DNA of 64,000 nucleotides, taken from positions 70,864 to 134,863 of the IMG/VR virus record IMGVR_UViG_3300020050_016625; one strand, written 5' to 3'. A program made the translations under genes and the position numbers. The notes beneath the pieces are model-generated. The model made no database searches and was not told the origin of the DNA. It saw only the letters and a program-made list of their open reading frames with translations. This stretch comes from a virus (lineage: Duplodnaviria; Caudoviricetes). Positions 47,311-56,785 of this stretch are shown piece by piece (within the stretch, counting starts at the first letter, position 1; the number at the start of each line of letters is the position of its first letter).

Positions 47311-47580
47311 TTACTTCTTTGAAATTAAGTAATGCAATATTTGAAAACCGTTCGCAGTCTGTGTATTTAACTGCTTTACCTGTGTAAGTAAGGAGGTATT
47401 ACTAAGATAGATAGTATCATTTCCATTTAGCCCGAAAACTACATTTCTTTTCAAATTACTATCAAAAGTAGTATCAACACAGCATACTTGCAAATCGTCT
47501 ATGTAAGTAGTTGTAATTTCGGTACTTGCACATGAATATGCAAATGTAGCGAAAAGTATTAATATTAGTTTGTTTTTCAT
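47311..47580 (-). CDS. Putative lipoprotein
   Basis: MKNKLILILFATFAYSC lipobox. Confidence 0.55.
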   Translation of the reverse strand: MKNKLILILFATFAYSCASTEITTTYIDDLQVCCVDTTFDSNLKRNVVFGLNGNDTIYLSNTSLLTQVKQLNTQTANGFQILHYLISKK

Positions 47581-47644
47581 AGTTTAATAACAAAAAAAAC
47601 GATAAATTGTTTATTTTAGCGTTTTAGGTGGTGGTATTTTTCAG

Positions 47645-48001
47645 TTACTCATTTCTACCAAATGAGTTGTCAATATCCAAGTCATAACCCTTTTCTTTTT
47701 CCTCTTTGTCGTACAACTCCCTATAATACTCTATTAACGGGCTTTGTGGTAAAACAGCTTTGTTTTTCTCTACAAACTCTTTTGCATCTTTTTCTGCTTG
47801 TGTATAAGGGTCATTATGTCCTTGCGCCTCATATTCCGCTACACAATATAACTTATATCTATTTTGTGCGTAATCCCAAAACTCCTCATCTTTTTTCGCA
47901 GTAAGTTGTGCGAGTATTTCTTTTTTCTCTTTTTGTACAGAAGAAGTTAAATCTCCTTTTAGGGTATCTTTCGTAATAGAATATGAAAATTCGTTTGTCA
48001 T
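47645..48001 (-). CDS. Hypothetical acidic protein
   Basis: Downstream of ECF promoter and leader. Confidence 0.6.
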   Translation of the reverse strand: MTNEFSYSITKDTLKGDLTSSVQKEKKEILAQLTAKKDEEFWDYAQNRYKLYCVAEYEAQGHNDPYTQAEKDAKEFVEKNKAVLPQSPLIEYYRELYDKEEKEKGYDLDIDNSFGRNE

Positions 48002-48024
48002 AATGAATATATAAATAGTACTTT

Positions 48025-48088
48025 ACCTACTCTGTAATCTTTTCGGCTACCGATATTGATTTAAACGCAACTAAGATGAAATAGTTTC
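48025..48088 (-). promoter_or_regulatory. ECF-type promoter plus bulged-G leader
   Basis: GAAACT...GCGTTTAA, then GCC-GAA...AGTA-GGT. Confidence 0.6.
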
Positions 48089-48700
48089 ATTATATTGCAA
48101 AATTATATCGTTTATGTCAATAATTGTTTGAAGGCAATTTACTACAAAAAAATCCAAATCAGCTATTTGAGTAACCGCCCTTGCTTCGACTATATTATCT
48201 CCAAAGAATTTAAAAGTAGCTATTTCATTTGTAGCTGTTTTGTTTGTATAGGCGAAGTCAGGCAATGGCTGTTCAATACCTACTTTTCCCACATGTACAG
48301 TTGTGCAGTATAAATCCGACCCTACATAATTGCAAATAAGTGTTACATAAATATCGTAATCTTTACTCTCATTATGTGCTATTAATTCATACGCTATAAC
48401 AGTAGATTCTTTACTTATTTTGCCTTTATAATCTGCGATACGTGTTACACACTTATATTTACCTAAATCAATTTTATGGCTATTATTTTCGCTTATATAG
48501 CAGAAACATTTAAGCAGTTTAGGTAGCAACTTTGCTGCATACACTTTTGCAAACTTATCTAAGTAGTAACTATACATGCTACGTTCACTATATGACTTTT
48601 CAATCATAAAATCAGCAAACGATTCGATAAATTGATTTTCTTTTTCTGTGTCAATCATATTTTGCATATTCATAAACATAAACAAGTGGGTTTGTATCAT
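48071..48700 (-). CDS. Hypothetical protein
   Basis: ORF in operon; start uncertain. Confidence 0.55.
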   Translation of the reverse strand: MIQTHLFMFMNMQNMIDTEKENQFIESFADFMIEKSYSERSMYSYYLDKFAKVYAAKLLPKLLKCFCYISENNSHKIDLGKYKCVTRIADYKGKISKESTVIAYELIAHNESKDYDIYVTLICNYVGSDLYCTTVHVGKVGIEQPLPDFAYTNKTATNEIATFKFFGDNIVEARAVTQIADLDFFVVNCLQTIIDINDIILQYNETISS

Positions 48701-49316
48701 ACTTCCCTTTGCCGTTAATCGAATCGAATAGAGTTTGATAGGCTGTTTTTATGTCTGGACTTATAGATATATTGTCGCAAAATGGTTCACAATTAGGGTG
48801 CTTAATATAATTAGAAACACAACCAAAGAAATAAGCAAAATTCCCTGCCTTTTCACTTTTTGGGACATATAACTTGTAATAAGGTACGAGCGTACCGCTA
48901 TCATTTTTCAAATAATCATACGCCTCAATACCTTCTAACTTACAATCCTCCTCACTAATATCATTCAATCCTTCTACCCTTACACCTGTAATTTCAATCT
49001 TTTGTCTTGAAAAGTATTCAGGCATATACATAGGGCTGCGTAAAGTACCTGCATTTTCACACTCTTTAAAGTAAACTACATCTGCACCATTGAAATACGC
49101 TTGTTTTGGAGAAAAAGAATCGAAATTAATATGCAACCAATAAGCCTCTTTGATGTACAACACATCGCCTACCTTATACTTAGATTCCTTCAAAATTAAA
49201 TCCAAGTCATTGTTACATTTTGTAATAGTTTTTTGAGGCACAACACGTCTTGTTTGGGTTTTAATACCCTGCGAAGTTTTTTCGCTATGCTCATTAAGCA
49301 TTATGATTCCTTGCAT
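48651..49316 (-). CDS. ASCH/PUA-like phage protein
   Basis: GIKTQTRR, GDVLYIKE, SPMYMP, VRVEGLNDISEED..EG and NPLVYVYE. Confidence 0.75.
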   Translation of the reverse strand: MQGIIMLNEHSEKTSQGIKTQTRRVVPQKTITKCNNDLDLILKESKYKVGDVLYIKEAYWLHINFDSFSPKQAYFNGADVVYFKECENAGTLRSPMYMPEYFSRQKIEITGVRVEGLNDISEEDCKLEGIEAYDYLKNDSGTLVPYYKLYVPKSEKAGNFAYFFGCVSNYIKHPNCEPFCDNISISPDIKTAYQTLFDSINGKGKYDTNPLVYVYEYAKYD

Positions 49317-49391
49317 AATATTATGTTTTAGATATAACAGAAAACGACCTACTATTGTTTAGTAAGTCGTTTTTATAGGTTGTATTTGGCG

Positions 49392-49742
49392 TTATTTTAA
49401 TGAGTTGTAAATTCGTTCTAACTTATTATCAAAATACGTCTTACTCAATAAATTATCAAAACCACCTATATTATTCCTAAGTAAAAGAAATGTATAATCA
49501 TTATTTTCAAAAATAATCTTTTCGCCTTGCAAAATATTATCTACCAAAACTGTTTGATGTGAGATAGAAAGATTTTCGACACAAGTAATAGAATAAGTAA
49601 TTACTTCTTTCTCATTATCAAGATTAGGAATAATACGCAAACAGCCACCATTTACCAAATTCCAATACAAGGGTTTTTCAAGTAAATCAACTTCTTTTGT
49701 TGATTCTACCACCTTATAACTAACAATCATTGTTTTTTTCAT
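49392..49742 (-). CDS. Hypothetical protein
   Basis: ORF in operon. Confidence 0.55.
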   Translation of the reverse strand: MKKTMIVSYKVVESTKEVDLLEKPLYWNLVNGGCLRIIPNLDNEKEVITYSITCVENLSISHQTVLVDNILQGEKIIFENNDYTFLLLRNNIGGFDNLLSKTYFDNKLERIYNSLK

Positions 49743-50701
49743 ACGCTAAACAAGTTTGTGTTAATGTTGATTCTTTCTTTTGCTATCTCAATAGCTTTTG
49801 GGTTTACATCACAGCCTATATAATACCTACCTAATTTCTTTGCGGCTGCTAATGTAGTACCGCTACCACAAAAAAAATCTGCTACTACATCGCCTTCGTT
49901 TGAACTAACTTTAATAATTCTTTCAAGTAATTCAATCGGTTTTTGTGTGTCATATTGCGCCTTATACCCTTCGCAAAGGGGTAAATCACCCCAATACTCG
50001 CTTAATCTAATACCTTTGCTATCTGCTAAATAATACCTATATGCTAAATAACCTTCGCTATTTGCTTCAAAAATAACACCCTCACTAATACGCTTATAAA
50101 TTTCATTTTGCGAAATGGTAAAACCCATACCTTCTTTTGTAATAAACTTTTCATTTCCTACAATGCGAAAATCATTAGGGATATTTGGATTGTAGTTGTT
50201 TTTATTCATTATGTTTGTTAAGCAATAAGCACCTTTATTATCAGTTCTATTATATCGCTTTATAGTCTCCTCACTTAATTGAGTATAACCAAAATTAAAA
50301 GTATAGTCTTTGCTTTTTGTGTAGAATAAAATCCTATCTGTATTTTTGGTAAAATGGCGGTATTTAGAATTATTGCCCAAACTGCGCCTATAAATAATTT
50401 CATTCTTAAACCTATCATAACCAAAAATGTCATCTAATATGCAGCGTAACCAATGCGATATACGGCAATCCATTTGCAGATAAACACTACCTGTTGTTTT
50501 TAGTACCCTATACATTTCTGTAATACGTGGGATATAAAAAGATTCAATTACATGCTTTATAGGTTGCAAATCTGTGTAATCGTTAAACTTCCTACCAGTA
50601 CCATATAATATATCGCAGTAAATCAAATCAATACTTTCATTTTCTAATTTCTGCAATAATTCTAAGTTATCACAAAGATGTATCGTATTTTTCATTGTCA
50701 A
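49739..50701 (-). CDS. Beta-class N6/N4 DNA methyltransferase
   Basis: IDLIYCDILY (variant of DPPY), TQKPIELLERII, DFFCGSGTT. Confidence 0.85.
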   Translation of the reverse strand: MTMKNTIHLCDNLELLQKLENESIDLIYCDILYGTGRKFNDYTDLQPIKHVIESFYIPRITEMYRVLKTTGSVYLQMDCRISHWLRCILDDIFGYDRFKNEIIYRRSLGNNSKYRHFTKNTDRILFYTKSKDYTFNFGYTQLSEETIKRYNRTDNKGAYCLTNIMNKNNYNPNIPNDFRIVGNEKFITKEGMGFTISQNEIYKRISEGVIFEANSEGYLAYRYYLADSKGIRLSEYWGDLPLCEGYKAQYDTQKPIELLERIIKVSSNEGDVVADFFCGSGTTLAAAKKLGRYYIGCDVNPKAIEIAKERININTNLFSV

Positions 50702-51227
50702 TCATTAGAATAATACAGAAAACTGCATAGTTTAGAATATCAATATAGTTTGCCTCAATCCCTTCTGAAACAGAAGTAATACCACCATTATTTTCAATCT
50801 GTTTCAATCTCAATATTTTCATTAAGATTAAATCAGTAATTGATTCAATGCGTAACTCACGCCATGCCTCACCATAATCTGCATTTTTGATAAGCATTGT
50901 ATCGTATGCAGCAACTATGCAGGTATCGTAAATATTAGCTAAATTAGCCTGCAAATCCTTATCTGAAATAGTTGCGCCTACATTACATTGAATGAGTGCC
51001 ATTGTACAATAGTTTATCATACCAATAAACTCGCCAAACGTAGAATCACCCACAAGATTTTGATTCGTTTCTTGAATATTGCGCACCCTTTTTGCCTTTA
51101 TTGCTATTTGGTCTGTAATACTTGGTAGGCGCATAATACGCCACGACAAACCATAATCTGCATTTTTAGCAATAAATAGCGATTTGGCTTTTTCGATAAC
51201 CTCTTTGTATTGGTCAGATGTTTTCAT
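50670..51227 (-). CDS. DUF1599 (nucleotide modification-associated) tandem-domain protein
   Basis: Two KNADYG..WR...SITD.I..K..R repeats. Confidence 0.8.
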   Translation of the reverse strand: MKTSDQYKEVIEKAKSLFIAKNADYGLSWRIMRLPSITDQIAIKAKRVRNIQETNQNLVGDSTFGEFIGMINYCTMALIQCNVGATISDKDLQANLANIYDTCIVAAYDTMLIKNADYGEAWRELRIESITDLILMKILRLKQIENNGGITSVSEGIEANYIDILNYAVFCIILMIDNEKYDTSL

Positions 51228-51573
51228 TTATAGTATCGTTTAAATGTTGCGTAAGTTGTTTGATAGTATCAATCGGCAAAGAAAGACATAGCGTATTTAA
51301 GCTATCTTTTAGCTTATCAACTGCATTTAGTAGATTTTTTACTGCTAATTGCATTTCGTATGCCTCTTTCAATTTAGGCGTTTCTAATTCGTAATAGGTA
51401 TTACCATTAGCTACTTTATAACCAAACGCATTGCCATTTACTTGCACCTTTGTTTTATTTTTTAGGATAGCATGTGTTTTGGTAGTACTTTCTACTTCGT
51501 ATTTATAATGCCATGTGTTGCTACCTAAGTTAGTCGTGAGATATAAAATATCCCCTACTTGTAATGTTCTCAT
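51214..51573 (-). CDS. Hypothetical protein
   Basis: ORF in operon. Confidence 0.55.
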   Translation of the reverse strand: MRTLQVGDILYLTTNLGSNTWHYKYEVESTTKTHAILKNKTKVQVNGNAFGYKVANGNTYYELETPKLKEAYEMQLAVKNLLNAVDKLKDSLNTLCLSLPIDTIKQLTQHLNDTINENI

Positions 51574-52103
51574 AATTCAAATTTTGTTTCAGATTTCACT
51601 AATGTAAATTCGGGCGTAAACGCTACCCCTGCTTGATTTATTCTATCAAATGCTAATTGTATCTCATCGTCTGTACCTTCGTAAAAAACAGATACTAACG
51701 ACATATCTCTTATTTTCATGTATTCTGTATTCAACTTTCTACTTCTCTCAATATCTACCCTATCTTCATTTTCTTTTATGATTTGGATTACATAGTTAAA
51801 TTCCTTTGCATATTTGCTGTAATCAAAATCATTAGGATTTAAGGTAAATTTGCAGGTGTTGAAATTGAAATAAACACCTTTACCCAAAAGAATATTAAAG
51901 ATAGTTCTTATCCTATGTAAGCCATCTATAATCTCATGCTTTTCATTGTAATTGTAAAATACACGCCTAAATTGAAATACGCCTATGAATACACCTTTAT
52001 CTAAGCTATCAAGAAATAACTCAATTTTAGCTTTATCCCATGCGTATTGTCTTTGGTAATGTGGGATAAGTATATCGCCCTTTACTATTTTATCGTAAAG
52101 CAA
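51570..52103 (-). CDS. DUF262 domain protein
   Basis: IPHYQRQYAW, IIDGLHRI, FDRINQAG. Confidence 0.8.
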   Translation of the reverse strand: MLYDKIVKGDILIPHYQRQYAWDKAKIELFLDSLDKGVFIGVFQFRRVFYNYNEKHEIIDGLHRIRTIFNILLGKGVYFNFNTCKFTLNPNDFDYSKYAKEFNYVIQIIKENEDRVDIERSRKLNTEYMKIRDMSLVSVFYEGTDDEIQLAFDRINQAGVAFTPEFTLVKSETKFEL

Positions 52104-52139
52104 TGATATTCTATAATGAGAAGGCGAAATATTCGTTTT

Positions 52140-52395
52140 TCTATTATATTGATTATTTGTTGAACTAATAATAAATCTGCTTTATCGTCTTTAAAGTGCG
52201 AAAACCTTTGTTCTAATTGCCGCAAATAAAGTAGTGATTCTTTGATATTTTCGATTACAAAACCCGTTCCTTTGCATCTTTTACATTTCAGTGTGCTTGG
52301 AATGAGTAAGTAATAATCGGTTGTGATTTATACCTTGCATAGTAATGTGCAGGGTTTGAAACTGCGCCTGTACCTTTACATGTTTTACATGTCAT
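52140..52395 (-). pseudogene. Frameshifted DnaJ-type Zn-finger (CxxCxGxG) gene
   Basis: MTCKTCKGTG and KCKRCKGTG occur in different frames. Confidence 0.5.
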
Positions 52396-52669
52396 AATGA
52401 TTACTTCTTTTGCCGTTATTTGTATATGTATCATTAGCCTTTGGTGTATTTTCTATTATACCAAATGTAGAAAACAAACACCATTCATTACCATACCAAT
52501 CTTTTATTTCAAAGGCTAATCTATAATGTTTGGCTAACTCAATACATTGTTTTTTGTTTTGAGAATGTATTAGCTGTTGTAAAACATATTCTTTATTATC
52601 GAATCTGTTCATTAAACGCCCTATCTCAATGCCTAAAATAAAATTAGTGTCATTATTTAAGAATATCAT
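52385..52669 (-). CDS. Hypothetical protein
   Basis: ORF in operon. Confidence 0.55.
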   Translation of the reverse strand: MIFLNNDTNFILGIEIGRLMNRFDNKEYVLQQLIHSQNKKQCIELAKHYRLAFEIKDWYGNEWCLFSTFGIIENTPKANDTYTNNGKRSNHYDM

Positions 52670-52681
52670 AATACTTATTCC

Positions 52682-53233
52682 TTATTTATTCTTTATATAC
52701 TCATTGCACCAATTACAAAAAGCATCAACTAATCTATTCATGTAAGGGTCGTTAGCTATTACCTGCAATTTCATCACCCAAATAGCATTAGCGTATTGCC
52801 TTGCATTAGCATATTCAGATTCAATATAATCGCCGTTCTTTTTAGCTTGTAACCACAATTTCAAGTCTTCTCTTTTATAACGCCACGAATAAAGCCCTGC
52901 TAAACTCATATCTTTGAAAATAATAGCTACAAACTCGTCTAAATCCTTTGCGTTTGTTATTTCATTAATACGATTATTTTCATTTTCTGCAATCTGTTTA
53001 GCTACCATTTCATGCGTTAAACTATTTTCAGTCAGGATAGCATCTAATCTGAAATCGTAGCATCTTTGAGAACATGTGAAAATGTAGCTATCGTTATCAT
53101 CTTTGCTATGCCAGTTCTTTTTATTTACCCAGCCTTTTTCTTTTTTCAAATGTATTGCATCTGAAAGCGGATTGTCAGTAGGCGTAAAGCATGAATCTTT
53201 GCCGCAAGTTTGGCATTTTATTGTATTTCGCAT
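52682..53233 (-). CDS. Hypothetical Zn-binding protein
   Basis: CQTC...CSQRC. Confidence 0.55.
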   Translation of the reverse strand: MRNTIKCQTCGKDSCFTPTDNPLSDAIHLKKEKGWVNKKNWHSKDDNDSYIFTCSQRCYDFRLDAILTENSLTHEMVAKQIAENENNRINEITNAKDLDEFVAIIFKDMSLAGLYSWRYKREDLKLWLQAKKNGDYIESEYANARQYANAIWVMKLQVIANDPYMNRLVDAFCNWCNEYIKNK

Positions 53234-53249
53234 ATTTAAAATCCTATTA

Positions 53250-53891
53250 TTATACGAATTTTATAATTTTACATATTTTATTGTAATTTGTAGCAACACA
53301 ATCAAAAGGCTGCGGCATATTTGAGGAGGTGCTTATTGCTGTACCCTTTGGCATCTCAAGTACTAATGCTTTTCTCCAAAAACGTAAGCCATCTATATCT
53401 GCTTTTTTCTTGAAAAAGAAAAAACTATCATAACCGATGTAAGTATATGCAGCATCTAATATGCTATCGTAGTAATTTTCGTTTGCTGCAATATTAGTAA
53501 GAAAATCTTTTAATATATCCAAGTCTTCAAAGCGACACAAAATATCATTATCATAGTTTACGATAAAGGCAAATAAGCCTTTTAATGTATTTGCTTTATC
53601 TTGCACTAAACCTGCATAAAGAAATGGAACACCTTGCATAATCTTTGCGCCAAAGATATGCGCTTCGTGCTGTATATCTGAAATGCTTTCTCCAAACCAA
53701 TATAGCAACTCCTTACATGCTTTAATATCTAAACGTAATAAGGCATTATAAATATGGTCTGCATTTACAGCAGTCTGTCTATCTGCAATCAACTGTATAG
53801 TTTTTTTAATCAAAAACTTTTCAGGACTTGCCTTGTATGTAGCTAATATTTTTTCAAAATGTGTTTTGTTTTCCATATAATACATAAACAA
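53250..53891 (-). CDS. Hypothetical protein
   Basis: 213 aa ORF. Confidence 0.55.
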   Translation of the reverse strand: MFMYYMENKTHFEKILATYKASPEKFLIKKTIQLIADRQTAVNADHIYNALLRLDIKACKELLYWFGESISDIQHEAHIFGAKIMQGVPFLYAGLVQDKANTLKGLFAFIVNYDNDILCRFEDLDILKDFLTNIAANENYYDSILDAAYTYIGYDSFFFFKKKADIDGLRFWRKALVLEMPKGTAISTSSNMPQPFDCVATNYNKICKIIKFV

Positions 53892-53936
53892 AGTTGTATG
53901 CTGTTTTGTTTATACGACTGACAATAAGTATAATTT

Positions 53937-54620
53937 ATGAAGAAAAAATATGTGTTCAAAGAAAGTTATTTCGTTAGATGTAAAGTATTTGAAAGAAGTC
54001 TAACCTTTACCTGTATGGAAATAACATTTTCAGATGCTATGCTTTTTATCCCTATAAAGAATTTAAAATTAGTAACAGATAGGGTAGATTTGCGCAGGAA
54101 TAACAAAACAGAATTTTACGGTCGTATTGATAACGATTTGATAGACTTTTGTAATAAGCAACTTGAATTAGGCATAATCAACAACCTGCAAAGTTTCAAT
54201 ACATTAAATACATACGCCCTGAATAAAGGGCGAATCCAACGACATATACGTAGTGTAAGGGGAATATTAAACATACAAAATATACCATTTTTAGTAAAAA
54301 GAAACTTATTGCTATTTATCAATAAATTGCGATATGTAAGAATAATTTGCGAAAATTGTAAAAATATTGAGGAGGCTATACAATTCGTACATGAAAGACC
54401 GTTTGTTTGCGAAATAGTAAGTACAAGCACTGATATATGGCATGTACTCAATATAAACGCCACAATTAAAAAGACTGCTCAAGATAAATACTTAGTCGAA
54501 TATACAGAAGAAATGTTATTAATGTGCGAAAATAATGCGCAAATTACTGTAAACTCATTAGCAGATGCTAAATTGCACTGCGAAGACCTTGCATTGCGTG
54601 TAATGGAATTAAAAGTATGA
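53937..54620 (+). CDS. Hypothetical protein
   Basis: 227 aa ORF. Confidence 0.55.
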   Translation: MKKKYVFKESYFVRCKVFERSLTFTCMEITFSDAMLFIPIKNLKLVTDRVDLRRNNKTEFYGRIDNDLIDFCNKQLELGIINNLQSFNTLNTYALNKGRIQRHIRSVRGILNIQNIPFLVKRNLLLFINKLRYVRIICENCKNIEEAIQFVHERPFVCEIVSTSTDIWHVLNINATIKKTAQDKYLVEYTEEMLLMCENNAQITVNSLADAKLHCEDLALRVMELKV

Positions 54621-54689
54621 CATCAAAAGAAATAAACGCTATTATCGTAGATAGATATGGCAGTATGGATATGGTTATTGGGACAGGTA

Positions 54690-55262
54690 TCAAATACAAA
54701 AGTTGTCTAAATGTTCTTTATCTACTTTTGTGCCTGCAAAGTTCAGCATAACAAACCAATCGTAAATAGCTTTATCGCTAATTGGTTTATCATAGTAGGA
54801 TATAGCCATAAAGCCCGAAATGTTGGTTTTATTGAACTCATACAATGTATCGTCATCAAAGTCTCTATAATAAAACTCACTATCTTCTACGATAATAGAA
54901 AACTCATTATTGATAAATGAGATGATTGTAGATAGTCTTTGTTTGCCATCTATTATTTTGTAAATATGTTTTTGATTATTCCTATCGCTATCATCTATGA
55001 AAGAAACAACCGCAAATGGCGGTAACTTAATGCCTTTTAGTATAGAAATAATAAGTTCCTGCTTTTGCTGTAAAGTCCAACAAAAATCCCTTTGTAGGTT
55101 AATGCCTAATTTACCTGTTTTCTTATTAAGAATTGTAGGTAGAAATACATCAAAATCTATTTCGATTTTACTTCTTTTTATTTGGTCTAATCTGTAATAG
55201 ATAGAATAGTTTTCTGAAACCTGAAAAGGTAGGCTTTTACGTAATTTAGCTAAAATACTCAT
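54690..55262 (-). CDS. DUF262 domain protein
   Basis: NLQRDFCW, IIDGKQRL, FVMLNFAG. Confidence 0.8.
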   Translation of the reverse strand: MSILAKLRKSLPFQVSENYSIYYRLDQIKRSKIEIDFDVFLPTILNKKTGKLGINLQRDFCWTLQQKQELIISILKGIKLPPFAVVSFIDDSDRNNQKHIYKIIDGKQRLSTIISFINNEFSIIVEDSEFYYRDFDDDTLYEFNKTNISGFMAISYYDKPISDKAIYDWFVMLNFAGTKVDKEHLDNFCI

Positions 55263-55274
55263 AATGTTAATTGA

Positions 55275-55364
55275 AAATAAGAACCCGTTTCCTTATTTAA
55301 GACAAAGGTAACGGGTTAGTTTGGACATACAATGATTTTATGCAGAATCTACATTTTTATGTAG
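55275..55364 (-). promoter_or_regulatory. Palindrome-linked promoter cassette driving DUF262
   Basis: CTACATaaaaATGTAG, 38 bp, TACCTTTG, hairpin. Confidence 0.75.
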
Positions 55365-55582
55365 CAGATATATAATAATCTTGAAAACGTTTAAATACAT
55401 TTTCAAAGAAAGCCCTGTCAATTAAGATTTACGTTTTTTTCGTTAATCACTTCTTTAACCAATCTCACTTGTGTTATCTTGATTTCCATAATAAATTGAT
55501 TATGCAGACTTATACGGATATAATTTTAAAAGGTTACAAAAGAAGGCATGTTCACAAGTAGTTCGTAAATATGCTTTTAAAA

Positions 55583-56398
55583 TCACAACTCGTACTCACA
55601 GTTATAGTCTTCAATAAGAGACAAAATAGCTTGTTTTTGAGTATCTGTTACATTCTTAAACGTTACTACAAAGTCTTTGCGTTCTTTTGGTAATGGCTTT
55701 TCTATTTCCACATAGCTAACATTACTAATGTAGTCCACATGATAAATCTTATCGCTGTGGTTACTCCTTTCGCCTATTACTTCTGCCTCAATCGTAACGT
55801 AGTAAAATTTTGCGCCTATTTTCACTAAGATAACGACCTCATTTGTACTATAACCTATACCACAATCAAATAAATCATAAAAATCATTTTCAAAGAACCA
55901 TTCTTTTATTTGCTTTTCATGTTTCAAATCCTCATATTCATGCACACCGTAATCATCAACTAAGTACTGTTCCGTAGGTGTTAGTACAAAATCCTTTTCG
56001 ATTAACTCATTCAGGATTTTAGTTTCGTTTTCTTTGGCGATAAGATGATTGTATATATCGGTTACATCTTTGAATGTCTTTTTAATTAATTCTTTTTCGC
56101 TATACTTATCATTCATTCTAAGAATCTCGCTTTCTTGAAAACGTCTTTCATTTTCAATATTCTTTGAAAGTAAGTCAATATCTTGCGCCCCTTCTTTTAC
56201 GAACAAATCGCAGCAGGTATGACAAAGTGCCCTATTTGATATACCTTCAAATATACCAAAACCAATATGCGTTTCTGGCGTTTGGAGAAAAGGGGTTTCG
56301 CAGTTCTCACAGTTTGGAAATTTAGATAAAGCATTTTCGTTTGTCTTGACAAACATTAATCGCTTAATCTGTTTTGCAAGTGCAGTTATTTTTCTCAT
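55583..56398 (-). CDS. Hypothetical protein with N-terminal Zn finger
   Basis: CENC...CHTC. Confidence 0.55.
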   Translation of the reverse strand: MRKITALAKQIKRLMFVKTNENALSKFPNCENCETPFLQTPETHIGFGIFEGISNRALCHTCCDLFVKEGAQDIDLLSKNIENERRFQESEILRMNDKYSEKELIKKTFKDVTDIYNHLIAKENETKILNELIEKDFVLTPTEQYLVDDYGVHEYEDLKHEKQIKEWFFENDFYDLFDCGIGYSTNEVVILVKIGAKFYYVTIEAEVIGERSNHSDKIYHVDYISNVSYVEIEKPLPKERKDFVVTFKNVTDTQKQAILSLIEDYNCEYEL

Positions 56399-56399
56399 T

Positions 56400-56657
56400 T
56401 TATAATAATGATTTTAACAAGTTGAATTGAAAAGATTTGCCTAAAATAAAGATATGTGCAGGTGTTATTTCGCCTATATTCTTTGTTATCGTAACCTCAA
56501 AGAAATCATATTCTTTTAAGGGTAACGATGTATCTGTATCAGGTGGCAAACTTGCTGTAAAACCGCAATTTTCACAAACCGTTATCAGGTTTACGTATTG
56601 CGTTTGTAAAACTTTTACTGTAAATTCTTTCATAATAATTCGTTTATGTATTAACAA
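56400..56657 (-). CDS. Hypothetical protein
   Basis: Short ORF; likely start MKEFTV. Confidence 0.45.
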   Translation of the reverse strand: MLIHKRIIMKEFTVKVLQTQYVNLITVCENCGFTASLPPDTDTSLPLKEYDFFEVTITKNIGEITPAHIFILGKSFQFNLLKSLL

Positions 56658-56680
56658 TTTACGTAGTTAATTTGTTTACG

Positions 56681-56772
56681 CTACATAAAAGTGTGGTAAT
56701 TGTATAAATATTTTTTTATACGGAAATAAGCTACTACTTTTGTGCAAGCAATAAGGCAATAAGGCTTTATTT
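56681..56772 (+). promoter_or_regulatory. Palindrome-linked promoter cassette
   Basis: CTACATaaaaGTGTGG, 38 bp, TACTTTTG, hairpin. Confidence 0.75.
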
Positions 56773-56785
56773 AATCTCAATCAAA

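Noticed and set aside
48071-48700. Integrase (SAM-like FADFMIEKSYSERSMYSY)
   Set aside because: No tyrosine-recombinase catalytic motifs, and the similarity is too short.
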